A stretch of 63,565 nucleotides of DNA, the filler included, from Octopus bimaculoides (taxonomy: Eukaryota), in NCBI RefSeq assembly GCF_001194135.2. It is 6 parts of 5 records of this genome, joined end to end, with 100 filler letters (N's around TTAATTAATTAA, not from the genome) between each part and the next. Parts side by side here need not be neighbours in the genome. Positions count along the whole stretch, not along the records: positions 13,161 to 27,204 come from NC_068988.1; positions 27,305 to 45,390 come from NC_068981.1; 4 more parts are not named here. One strand, given 5' to 3'. The number at the start of each line of letters is the position of its first letter. Position 1 is the first letter of the stretch. The notes under the pieces are model-generated. The model saw only the letters and a list, made by a program, of their open reading frames with translations. It made no database searches and had not been told where the DNA came from. The position numbers and the translations under genes were made by a program. Shown here piece by piece: positions 24,640-37,466 of the stretch.

Positions 24640-27000
24640 CACTATCCTACAAAAGTCTTGCATATGTTTTACTGTTCCACTTGTTATGAAAACCCTAGCT
24701 TTCCAGCTTTTTACTTAGGAATTTATTTGCACCATCAAGGGTACCAATTATTATTGGCATAGATGTGAATTTATAATCTGAGTATTAAAAACTGATGATT
24801 GCGAAGTAGTTGTCCGTACTTCATTCTCTTTGCTTCACGAAGAGCTATTAACATCAGCTGGGTGGCTGACCTCTGTGGTTGTACGGTATAATTTTTTGTT
24901 CTTGTCCCTCCCAAAAAACTACACCCGGCTTATGTTTGCAATTACTAACCATTGATGGGTGTGTTTTACCAACATTCATTGTATTAATGTTTATATCTGT
25001 ATTCAATAAGGAGCGAATTACCTATATTTATTCGTGACATACATTTTTGCAGATAGCTCCATAAATTGTTTCTGGGACAACGTCATGTCGCACTAAGAGG
25101 TAGTATCTTGATTATATTTTAGGCAACTACTGATCGCATAAGTGATGTTTTCCAAAGAAATGCGAGTGGGCTACATGTTTGGTGGAATCTTGGGGCTCCA
25201 CTGGCTTCACTATCTTTTTTGTTTAAGTATTTTCTTTACATCTGCTCTTCGACTGCAAACGCAAAATCTTCGAAGGTTTTGTAGAAGTTGCCATTTCAAG
25301 TCTTTCGGTGACATACAATCCATTCTCTGTTTTTGGAATGTTTTCTTTTAGGTATGTTAGTCCGGCTGTTTGGGGATTTTGTGCGAGGTGATCAAGAAAG
25401 AGTACATCCAGCTGAGCCCACTGCCGACTCGTAGAAATTTGTTCTCTTTCTTGTTCAGAAGTATGTTGATATATTTATGTTTGCTGCTGTGGTTTAGTGG
25501 TTGCTTAGTGATAGCTACTATACTATGCTGGAGGGCTGTCTTCACTGATCTCAAGCCTCTACCTCCTCGTCTCTTGTTTGGTTGAGATTGTCGCTATCGA
25601 TGTTTTAGTGGAAGTTTCTAGCTGATGACAGGATCTTTTCTCTACAGAGTAGTCAAGTATCATAAACATTGCTCTTAGTTCAGTTACTGCAAATGCATTG
25701 TGGGATATTGTCTAGGTGTAACAGTAAAGCTCCAGTTGCCAGATTTTAAAACTTGTGTAATATTCTCTTTCACTTTATCTTCATTCACAGCACCTTCGTT
25801 GTGTGGAGTAGAAAATACAGGGAGACATCTCTAGCTCGGTTTTGGGGACTAATTTTTCCCGTTTACAACCAAAATATGAAGCTTCTTTTGACCAGAATTC
25901 CATTCATCTGGTATTGTTATCAACTCCAGCTATATTACGATTGTGTAAATATCTTTAGCATAGATTTTCTAGTCTTCCACAAAGAAATTATGTGTTACAG
26001 ATCGTAGCCTGTAACGAAGACGAATGATAACTGATTTAATGTGAAAATGAAGAGAAGTACAGAAAGATTATATCTATAACATCGGAAACTTCGTTCCGCT
26101 TTCAGTTGTAATTTCAAGAATTGCTGTTTAGATCTTTGTGAGCCTTTCAGTGGCAAAACTAAAATGAAGAGACTTCAGCAACTACGGGTGGGGATAATTT
26201 CGAATGCTTTTCTTTAATCAAATCATACAGTCAAAAGGTTATGTGGTGTTTTCTTACTTCCGACAGTACAGTTTTGTTTACTAAAAGTTTGTGCGTTCAA
26301 TCTGCTTATCAGCCACTTTGGTTTAGGATCCAAAATGATCTGGGAGAAATGGACTAAGACAGTTCGTGTTAAGCTTGTCTTGTACACAATGCGTAAGCAA
26401 GCAGTGAGTCTATGGTTTTCTATCAATTCAATGGTTTCATTGTTGGCTATAAGTTTCATCCGTGCTATACTAAGCCAATTATGTTAATCTGACCTTTTCA
26501 TATTTCTTTGGAATATACATACTCATGGTTTTCTAGAGAAGTTCAGATTCATGTACTAGTATCCATCTTACTGTACTTTTAGTGTACTTTACCATCTATA
26601 GTTTGCCTACGGCTGTGGTGAACGTTTCGGGGCTGAATGCATGCTTTGTAGTAGATGTTCCAAGAGTATTCTAAATGGTTATCCATTATGCTTTTCGATT
26701 GAAATTTTTCTTATCGTTTCATACCTTAGACCAAAATAATCTCTGATCTTCCTGAGAGAAGGGTTTCTTAACAGTAATGTTTTTCTTCCTCATATCCCGA
26801 TATAAAAAAATATTCGTGTATTTGAAGCAAACTTGTGATTTATACTGCTTCACTCAAAATATTTCCTATGATAACGAAGTTTTTTGGTGAGCATCTTGAG
26901 TCCGTGCTTAAAGTGGCTAGATTGTCTTCAAGAATTCAGCGTGAAGAATCATAGTGTTTTGTTATTTTTGCATCACATTTTTATATTCTGGTTAACCATC
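24640..27000 (-). mobile_element. Decayed R4/Dong-like RLE LINE (RT, zinc knuckle region, RLE)
   Basis: In order on the minus strand: FWSKV*NDKKNFN; ENHRLTACLRIVYK (cf. NYRPITCL); NLLTV*FD*RKAF (cf. WIDYKKAFD); RRGGRGLRSV; ENITYAISSC...VRHDVV; EVSHPADVN; PIIIGTL; GTVNICKTF. Confidence 0.75.
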
Positions 27001-27304
27001 CAATATATTCTATATTCCAGAGTCGTAGCAAATGAATCGGTTACATGTGGATATACACGAGGGTTTAGGGACGGCGCTGGTTGATACTGAATGTTTCCTT
27101 TGTTTTGCTTTACTTTCATTCTTCTGCATCAACAAGGTGGTATATTGCACTCAGAGAGCTTATAAACATATATTATGTATGCATATATGCATATATATAT
27201 ATATNNNNNNNNNNNNNNNNNNNNNNNNNNNNNNNNNNNNNNNNNNNNTTAATTAATTAANNNNNNNNNNNNNNNNNNNNNNNNNNNNNNNNNNNNNNNN
27301 NNNN

Positions 27305-27343
<39 letters not shown>

Positions 27344-28386
27344 TACATACATATATATGAGAATGCAACATATGTTATGCACTATATGGAAACAGAATTG
27401 TCGAAAGGGGATGCACTAGATGCACGTTTCTTTGTTGCCAACCAACGCATAGCATTATATGCCAGCAGCTGCATTCTTCTAAAATGACCAGAATTTCGGT
27501 GCGGAAGATAGAGTGAAAGCCATTATGTATTTTAAGTACAATACAGGTATGACATAAAGTGCAGCCCAATTGCAATTTCTGAGCGTGCTTTCAGTTCTGT
27601 TCAATCAATATAAAAATGCTGTTATCTTGTAAATCACGGAATCGAATAATCAATATATTATTTCCAGGGAACAAGGTGGTAAAACCTTATGACATAAATG
27701 CGTTTCTTAGAGCAGTTCTAAATTTTACAAACATGAACTTGGAATACTAGAAACAAAATGTCTCTAGCTTGATATTTCATGATCTACAGGAGGAAGTAAT
27801 GGATTTTATAATGCTAATTTCTTCACAAACGTCATTAGTTGTATAAGTAAAATAAAACGGATTTGATAGGTTATTGAGTCCATATTGCGATATCTGGTTG
27901 TCCGGAGCACTGCCATTTTCCAAAGAGCTATGTAATATTTCAATCTATTAGAACCACACGTTTATGCATATATTTGTATGCGGAAGTTTGTTTGGTGAAT
28001 GAACCATTAAATTCCAAAACCACATAAAGAAATGTATTGATTATATTTGAAGTTCTACGTCATCCTTAGACGTAGATAGTCGATGATAGTAAATGGCCTC
28101 ACTCGAATGACTTAGACATATTATCACACAAAAAATGTAAAAGGCTATTTCATTTACTAATCCCGATTATCTCAATTTTACAGCTAATAGCACGTATTCC
28201 CATCCGAGAAAACATTAAGAAAAGAAAAAAAGAAATTAAGAACAGAGAATGCAAATCAATATTGAGTCAAAGAAAGAAAATGAAAGAAACTAAAACGTTT
28301 AAGAATAAAATCATTATTTTAAGTGCTGCATTTGTGTCGTGTTTCTATTAATACGTGAATAATGAGTAGTAGTTTGTAATACTTAC

Positions 28387-28498
28387 CCCCCATCAGAAGA
28401 TGGAAAGCCGACATCAAAATACGGATGTCTTTCATTAACGTCATAGCGATGTATAGGCGATAATTCATTCCCGTACGGCGGTCAATTCAAATGGTTAT
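28387..28498 (-). CDS. Candidate 112-nt exon: ATG at 28468 gives MNYRLYIAMTLMKDIRILMSAFHLLMG (phase-1 donor)
   Basis: Acceptor TTATTTCCTGCTTTAG| and donor GGG|GTAAGT; CpG-rich relative to flanks; all frames stopped before the ATG. Confidence 0.5.
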
Positions 28499-28624
28499 CT
28501 AAAGCAGGAAATAAAATAATTAAAGCAATGAATAATGAATTAAGAACGATATAACAGTAGATACGAAAGTTCAATGCATACAATTAAAGCAAGAAACAAA
28601 AACAACAACAACAGAAAGATTAAT

Positions 28625-28800
28625 ATTATTTGTTCTAAATTTCGGCACAGGGCCAACAGTTTTCAGGGGAAAAGTTAGCCGATAACATCTACCATGTATT
28701 TGACTGGTATCGTGTTTTACCGACTCGGAAATGGTAAAGAAAAAAGCTGACCTTGAGAGGATTCGAACGAAGGCGAGCAAGACCTCTTTCACCGACGTCC
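28625..28800 (-). mobile_element. Old SINE family B2 copy
   Basis: AAATTTCGGCACAGGGCC...GACTGGTATCG...GCTGACCTTGAGAGGATTCGAAC. Confidence 0.7.
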
Positions 28801-30299
28801 TAATAATTTAATGATTTATTTATTAACCACAACGGTCCAGAAAGGAAAACAACACAGTACAAGGACAGTAGAAAAGGACAAAGAAAAGGTATGATGGCTG
28901 AGGATTTTGCGTAAAAAAGGAGTAACTAGGACGAAGATAATTACCATAAGAATCCAACAAAAACAAGCAGTGGAAGCTATGCAGAACTACTCGGGATAAA
29001 CTGCACGCTGTCTGGATCACCATCACTACAAGAGCTGACGCTTTCTAACAATTATGCTATCGTCATTTTACATATATCTATCTGCTCTAAGCGGGCTCGA
29101 TTACGCGTTCATCGTTGCTACTTTTAAACATATTCAAAAAGAATTTAATTTGTTGCTGTCATTTGTTGCTTTATTCCTCTATTACAACTGTTGGTTACTG
29201 ACGCTAGAAGTTCCATTGAGAGCGTTGTTCAAAAGGCAAAAGTTGTCAGCGCCTGATAACATCACAGATGCAGAGTGCTCAAGCTAAGTCTCTGCTAAAC
29301 CCTAAATTATCCGCCAACGAGAAATGTTTGATATGATGGAACTATATCAAACATTTAGGATATATTCCGTGAGATGATGAGACTGGAAAACAATTAGTTT
29401 TCTACCAATTAATGCAATGGCGCAGCACATAACATTCTACCTAAAAGATTGGAATTGTCTGGAATTGAAACTCGCATTATCGACTCCTAGCAAATTGCCA
29501 TGCTATCATCAAACATCAAAATTGAGTACCTGTTAACTAAATTAGTATGAAATAGCGTAATAATAACACAACACACAATGCAAACACTAATACAATAAAA
29601 AAGATTACAAACATGCCCCATAACAAAACGAACTGACGCAATACAATACGGGGGAAGAGTATTCACCCCCGCAAGAAGAAAAAAAGAACACACCATGCTA
29701 CACACCCCGGCAACAAAGAGATATAGCAAGTGATGCAGTAGAAATTTGTCTGAAACTACCAAATTTTTAATGATAATAATAATAATAATAATACACTGGG
29801 GACATTTAACAGGAACAGAACACCGGGGGCGTTTAGTATGTAACAGCGATATATTATTGCTCCGAAATCTATCCAAAAATAAAGACAACAAATGGGAATA
29901 AAGACAACAAATGGAGCCTAACAAAATTCCATGACAACTGACAAAATTTTGAAATTTGTCCGAGTAATACTCATTAAAATTTATTGCTTTCCTAATGAAA
30001 TCAAGTATTTTAACTGTGTATCATCTCCATCACTCGCACAACACGTGTAAACACAGTGGCCAGGCTGACAAAGTGTTAAATTATACCCGAGTAAGTAATA
30101 CTCATTAAGAGTTTTGAACTATGTCCGAGTAAGTAATACTGATTAAAATCTATTTCTAATTTCGAAATGAAATGATACATTTTAACTGTGTATCATCTCC
30201 GTCGATTGCAGAACGTGTCTAAACACGTTCGCCACATTGTCATCCAAGCAACATTACACCAAGGATAACAAACTGGAAGTACGTACTTTAAACTTGTTA

Positions 30300-31625
30300 C
30301 AAAAAAGTACGAAAAACTTTGTGAGAAGATACGAAAAACAAGATAAGGTATCAACACTTTACCTCTCTCAGTTATAAATTACACCTCAATATTCTTAAGT
30401 ATACTCTAAATGAACTAATCGAAATAGGCAGGAAAACAAGAATAATAATGACAACATTTAGAATGCAGTCCCCAAAATCTTACATAGAAAGGCTATGTAT
30501 GCAATGTATGGATGTTGGTAGAAGCCTTATACAGCTAGAAAACTAATACAAATTAGCCACCATAGGACTACATAAATACCTACTTCAGAAGCAACGGAAA
30601 CTAGTACAAATAGCCACAAAACACGAACAAAACAAAAGAACTTTCTTCAGTCTTTTAGGAAGCTGGCAAATACGAAAAAAAAAAAAGAAGTCACAGCACC
30701 TAACAAGTATAAAGAAGAAGAAACAACATAAATTGTAAAACAACTGAAATCCAAACTAAAACTGGAATAGCAATGGATCATGAGAAAATGATGGCAACAA
30801 CAGCTCTTTCATGGCAAATATTGGGTTCAACTAAACAGAAAAAAGAAATAGATAAAGCAAAATTTTAACAATGGCTGAGAAGCTCAGGTCTCAAATCAGA
30901 CACTGAAGGATTTTGAATTGCAGCACAAGGTCAAAGCTTTGCCACAAGAAACCACCAGAAACACGTAATGAAAAGAAATACAAGTAAGTGCACTATGGGC
31001 GGTGATGGAGAAGAAAGAATAAGTCATAGTGTCTCTGGCTGCCCAGTCCTGGCTAAGAAGGAATATAATCACAGACATGACAGGGTTGGGACCTGTTCAC
31101 ACTGAACACTATGACAACACTATGGAATAATAACAGAAAGATGATGTTATAGGCACACGCCAGAAAGGTCACAGAAAATGAGAAAGCAACCATACTCTGG
31201 GATATGCTAATGCACACATATAGAGAAATTAAGTCCGCCGGATATAGTTGTCAGAGATCACCAAGAATAAAATTGTCTTCTAATCGACGTATCAATACCA
31301 ACAGATGACAATATTTCTCTCAAAGAAACGGAGAAACTTACAAAATCAAAAGATGGGGAATTAGAGGTAACTAGAGGTAAATACAGGAAATAGAGTAACA
31401 GAGACAACTTCCATCGTAGTAGGCGCATTAAGTGTGATAAAACAATCAGACAATGGATAATAAAAACACCAGGACTAACAAGTATATATAACATCCATAA
31501 ATTAGCACTACTAGGCACCGCACACATCCTACGTAAAACACTTTTAATACAGTAAAAATAAGAGCACCAGAACAAACTACAGCACATACGCAAGGCAGAC
31601 AGAGTTGCGCTTGGTAGTGCAGTGA
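30300..31625 (+). mobile_element. Decayed R4/Dong-like RLE LINE, 3' part
   Basis: IGRKTRIIMT; ERLYM...GRSLIQLE; HGKYW; WLRSSGLKSDTEGF*IAAQGQ; KC...ERISHSVSGCPVLAKKEYNHRHDRV; PDIVVRD...LLIDVSIPTDDNISLKETEKL; IVVGAL; LALLGTAHILRKTL. Confidence 0.9.
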
Positions 31626-32482
31626 AAGCTGTTTCATTTAATTTCCTTCTCTGTCGTTTCAATAAAATCATCAGCAACGCCAAACTGCATACACCGCTTG
31701 GACCCATGAAAATGACTGTTTCCCCTCCTTACTTCAGCGTGACTGCTAGTTTTATTTTCTGTCCAAAATATTTTCTTCAATTGATTCGCCATATTTACGC
31801 CGTCAAACTGCAATACTTCAAACTCACCACAAGTTACATCAATTGCAACGGTTCATTGAGGTCTACAAAGATCACTTACATTTCCTCTTACAATTTAGTT
31901 AATTAATTTTATAAATTAATTAATCGATGGATATATGTAACATTTGAAGCTGGTGATTTTCAAACTATACTGAGCTTCATATCAAACGATTTCTTGCAAA
32001 CAGTCTAATAATCATACTAATCTTTAGGATTATCGTGTTCACCCAGATAAAGGTCTCGTTTGAATTTCACCCGGAACAATGAAATTGATGTTTAATTGCT
32101 TCGCATTGTAATCCTCTGAAAAGACACAAATACCACGAAGTATTTCTTTCTTTTCATCCACGCAAGGACGAAAATTCATTACATTGTCAATAGCATTACT
32201 TGTCATTCAATCCCAACTCAGTACTTGTCTGGTCGCGTAGATATATGTAGGAAAGCAGTCCAACCATGAACGTCAATGTAATCGTTAGTTGTAATGCATC
32301 GACATCTGTATTAACCAATATAACATTTGTCAAAAGTTGGTAACAGTCAAGAATTATCAACATGGAAAATGGTAAGTTTCATTATGTACTAGTCACATTT
32401 TCACAGATCTAATTGTCGAAATGCGGGATATGTTCATAAAGAAATGTAATGTTCCAATACATGTGTTTGGTGCACTATTCCT

Positions 32483-32555
<73 letters not shown>

Positions 32556-34029
32556 TCATGTGTTTTTGTGTCTCTGTGTATGTGTGTTTGTGTTTGCATG
32601 TGTGTATGTTTGCGCATGTGCATGAATTTATTAACAATGATTATATTAGGACTGCCAGTTCCATAGTTGAATAGGCCATCGAATAATGAATGGGTATTGT
32701 GATGATAATTAAAGATGACTTGTAAACGACTGAAAAAAAATACAAACTACATGTAGATTCGTTCGAATTAATTCAAGGTAACGTGACTCTACCTTCAATT
32801 TCAATTGCGTTATGAAAGGCCTTTATAAACAGAGACTCGCGAACGCAGAGTTTCAATTAGTCAAAAATACATGCGCGCTGGCTCATGCACACATCATACC
32901 ACACCACACACACATACATACATAGACACACTTATACAGCTACGCACATATGTGAATATTATATAGCATAGCATTTTTTTTACTAATGGACATAGATCAT
33001 TTAAACGTTTTGAATTTTAGCGCTCGTTTTTCAATTGTTTTTGTTTCATGATCGAATGAGAGGTAGGCTATCTCTTATAGCTCGGAGTAATTGTGGAAAC
33101 CTCTGACAAGAAGCAACATCATGTTGATAAAATTTAGAAATCACGTCACACCATTTTATCAAAGTGTTTCATTCTGTGAGTTTATCACGCCAAAGAAAGA
33201 TGTGGCTTGCTGCTCACTGTCCCGAATATTTCATGAGGTTAGCGCTTTTGTGTGACAGTTTAAGTTAAATTTGGGGTCTCTTTTCTAGCGATTTTGCTAG
33301 AAAAGGTGCGATTTTGCACCCTCATTTATTAATTTTTTGCCATTTTGATTTTAATTGCTATAGCCACCTATTTTATTAGGGATCAAATATATCTTAATAT
33401 ATTATTACATTATTATATCTCATTGTATGTATGTACGTGCTTATGTATGTGTACACGTATGTATGTATGTANNNNNNNNNNNNNNNNNNNNNNNNNNNNN
33501 NNNNNNNNNNNNNNNNNNNNNNNNNNNNNNNNNNNNNNNNNNNNNNNNNNNNNNNNNNNNNNNNNNNNNNNNNNNNNNNNNNNNNNNNNNNNNNNNNNNN
33601 NNNNNNNNNNNNNNNNNNNNNNNNNNNNNNNNNNNNNNNNNNNNNNNNNNNNNNNNNNNNNNNNNNNNNNNNNNNNNNNNNNNNNNNNNNNNNNNNNNNN
33701 NNNNNNNNNNNNNNNNNNNNNNNNNNNNNNNNNNNNNNNNNNNNNNNNNNNNNNNNNNNNNNNNNNNNNNNNNNNNNNNNNNNNNNNNNNNNNNNNNNNN
33801 NNNNNNNNNNNNNNNNNNNNNNNNNNNNNNNNNNNNNNNNNNNNNNNNNNNNNNNNNNNNNNNNNNNNNNNNNNNNNNNNNNNNNNNNNNNNNNNNNNNN
33901 NNNNNNNNNNNNNNNNNNNNNNNNNNNNNNNNNNNNNNNNNNNNNNNNNNNATATATTATGTATATACATATACATATAAGTATATACAATTGTAGCGTT
34001 GAAGGTGTTTACAGGCCATTTCAAAACAC

Positions 34030-34125
34030 AAAAACCGTTAGATTCACATTTAAATTCATATTTTCGTCGCTTTGAAGTCGAGCCCTGTTCACCGACAAAA
34101 TTCTGTGCTCATCTGAGAAAGTAAC
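34030..34125. repeat. Dispersed repeat, two copies (34030-34125 and 36300-36410)
   Basis: Shared AACCGTTAGATTCAC...ATTTAAATT...TATTTTCGT...CCTGTTCAC...CAAAATTC...CTGAGAAA. Confidence 0.85.
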
Positions 34126-35748
34126 TCTTTCTTCATGATATGCATGTAAGCATGTATGTATGTACGTGCTTATGTATGTGTACACGTATGTATGTATGTA
34201 TGTATGCTTCTCAAGAGCAGGGAACATTAGTCACTAACGAACCGCAAATGCAGAATATATAAGTTAGCTCAAGAGTGCACAAGGTTCCTGAAGGTCAGCA
34301 ATGGTTTCACCTCTGTCACGAGTGGACGGCTATCATCATCATCATCATCATCATCATCATACATGTATGTATGTATGCATGTAAGTATGTAATTATGTAT
34401 GCATGTGAGAATTTAGGTATGTCAGTGAGTGATATACAATTTGAACAGACAAACATATCAGAACATAAACATACGTTCACATGTACATACACATATATAC
34501 ATACACATGCACGTCTACACACTCACATACCTAAATACTCATATACATACATAAATACATAAGTACATACATACGTACATACGTACAAACATGCGTATAG
34601 GCATGTACGCATGCATACGCATGTACATGTATACATACGCTCATACATACATACAAGCACACATGCATAGATGCATACATAGGTACATAATACATATATA
34701 TGTAGATACAAATCATGAACTACGTTCCTACGTTCGAAACGTAGATAAAACAGGGGACAACTGATGAAGGGAATGTTTTCTACATTGCCTGTCTCGTTTC
34801 TCTATTTGTTTCTTTCCTCGCTTGGAAAAAGTTTGTTTTCCATGTTTTTGTTTTTTTATTTTCTTGTTTGTCATTTTGTTCACGTTTTCTTCACATATAT
34901 GTAAGTATATATGCATATATATATATATATATATATATANNNNNNNNNNNNNNNNNNNNNNNNNNNNNNNNNNNNNNNNNNNNNNNNNNNNNNNNNNNNN
35001 NNNNNNNNNNNNNNNNNNNNNNNNNNNNNNNNNNNNNNNNNNNNNNNNNNNNNNNNNNNNNNNNNNNNNNNNNNNNNNNNNNNNNNNNNNNNNNNNNNNN
35101 NNNNNNNNNNNNNNNNNNNNNNNNNNNNNNNNNNNNNNNNNNNNNNNNNNNNNNNNNNNNNNNNNNNNNNNNNNNNNNNNNNNNNNNNNNNNNNNNNNNN
35201 NNNNNNNNNNNNNNNNNNNNNNNNNNNNNNNNNNNNNNNNNNNNNNNNNNNNNNNNNNNNNNNNNNNNNNNNNNNNNNNNNNNNNNNNNNNNNNNNNNNN
35301 NNNNNNNNNNNNNNNNNNNNNNNNNNNNNNNNNNNNNNNNNNNNNNNNNNNNNNNNNNNNNNNNNNNNNNNNNNNNNNNNNNNNNNNNNNNNNNNNNNNN
35401 NNNNNNNNNNNNNNNNNNNNNNNNNNNNNNNNNNNNNNNNNNNNNNNNNNNNNNNNNNNNNNNNNNNNNNNNNNNNNNNNNNNNNNNNNNNNNNNNNNNN
35501 NNNNNNNNNNNNNNNNNNNNNNNNNNNNNNNNNNNNNNNNNNNNNNNNNNNNNNNNNNNNNNNNNNNNNNNNNNNNNNNNNNNNNNNNNNNNNNNNNNNN
35601 NNNNNNNNNNNNNNNNNNNNNNNNNNNNNNNNNNNNNNNNNNNNNNNNNNNNNNNNNNNNNNNNNNNNNNNNNNNNNNNNNNNNNNNNNNNNNNNNNNNN
35701 NNNNNNNNNNNNNNNNNNNNNNNNNNNNNNNNNNNNNNNNNNNNNNNN

Positions 35749-35790
<42 letters not shown>

Positions 35791-35983
35791 ATTATGAAGG
35801 GTAATGGAGTCAACCAGACTCTAATACAGGTTATACCAAGTAAGCATACCGACTAGTTTTGCCCCAGATGTGGTTGTAACATGAATGGGGAATATAACGG
35901 GTCGTGTATTAGCGTGTGCATATAACAAAATGAGTGAGATAAAGAGACCAATGACATACGTAAATTTATATTTTATGTAGAGT

Positions 35984-36032
35984 GTCTTACAATTGTTTCA
36001 GGGTAAATAGAATGTATCCCTTCATCGGAGAC
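35984..36032 (-). ncRNA. Minimal type I hammerhead ribozyme motif (U4 to C substitution)
   Basis: Minus strand GTCT-CCGATGA-AGGG-ATACATTCTATTTA-CCCT-GAAAC-AATT-GTA-AGAC: 4-bp stem I, 4-bp stem II, AC/GT stem III with palindromic AATT loop, GUA cleavage triplet. Confidence 0.75.
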
Positions 36033-37177
36033 GGTAATAGTAGAAGATAGAGATTATTACATCTGAATGAGTAGATTTTCAGAAATAAATGAGAGCGATG
36101 CGGAGAAGAAAAATTAAAGAAGAAAAAGTAATTGGATTGTAGTTCCATTCAAACAGTAAATATCCATGTATAGAGTCCGTGTGGGTATATATATATATTA
36201 CGGAGAAGTACTCGCATACAAATGAACTGATCTGAGATCCTGTGCTGAGACAAAAATAATTGCAGTGCGGAAGGTTTATAAACCATTTAAAAACACACAA
36301 TAACCGTTAGATTCACTTCAATATTTAAATTTAATTTGACAAACTATTTTCGTGTCTTTGTAAACCGCGACCTGTTCACAGGCAAAATTCCATGATGCTT
36401 CTGAGAAAATACACGGATAGAAGCATGTTCATGGTTGTGTGTGAGCGTGTACATCTGCATAATATGCATGTTTACACAATATTATACAGTTAAATGAGCA
36501 ATAAATAAACCATGTCCCAATAATACCATCCCATGTAGAGTATCTGCCATCACTCTCCAAATATTTAAATATGTGCAATACTATGATAGTAAAATTAACT
36601 GTCTTCATACATATGTCACACTGAGTTTTATACATGAAATATTCGCCGTTTCATAAAACAGTTCATATCTTGTTCCACATTCTACACATTTCCTTTCCTT
36701 ATTCTACACATCTCCTAACCTATCGTATCTAAATAACTATATTCTTTTGCACATATTCACAGGGACACACATATATGTATTGGGATATTTACGTATGACA
36801 GTATCACTAAATGCATGTACGTGTGTGAACGGATTATTATATTTGACTTATTTTATTTTATATTTAAAAAAGAAATATATCATGGTAATAGTGAGTGACA
36901 TCAATAGCAAGTAAGAAAATCTGAGCAATACTGGAAGGACATTTATGGTTGGATGCGAACTTAAAGCAAACGTTAGCAATAAAACACGAATTAAATAGGA
37001 TTTATTCCCATGCTGTCGAAACCATACTCCGTAAAACATCTGCACAAAAAATACCTATAATGTGCATACACACAGACAGACATACACACAGACAGACACA
37101 TTGGGTGCGTAGATGTGTACATGTATGCTCCCCTGATAGTATGTGGAACGGATTATAAATATTTCTATGTGTGTGTA

Positions 37178-37212
<35 letters not shown>

Positions 37213-37433
37213 CTGTGTGTGTATACACTTATATTCATATATATTCATAAATACACACACGCATACACGCGCGTTAACACGCACAAACACACAGCTATAT
37301 ATATATATATATNNNNNNNNNNNNNNNNNNNNNNNNNNNNNNNNNNNNNNNNNNNNNNNNNNNNNNNNNNNNNNNNNNNNNNATATATGTATATATATAT
37401 ATATGTATGTATGTATGTGTGCGTGTGTGTATG

Positions 37434-37466
<33 letters not shown>

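Noticed and set aside
28387-28486. In-frame TGA before PPYGNELSPIHRYDVNERHPYFDVGFPSSDG as selenocysteine or an edited stop
   Set aside because: No redox motif or SECIS visible; the ATG frame explains the exon more simply.
29487-29924. 145-aa hydrophobic ORF
   Set aside because: TTG start, crosses an ATT microsatellite, no recognisable motif.
33425-34200. 47-bp exact repeat on both sides of a gap (33425-33471, 34154-34200)
   Set aside because: Low-complexity TATG-derived and next to a gap; minisatellite unit or assembly echo.
34733-34775. GAAACGTA and CTGATGA close together (also CTGATGA on the minus strand near 48448-48457)
   Set aside because: The order is reversed for type I and no stem I or II can be formed for type II; at most hammerhead half-motifs from a permuted repeat.
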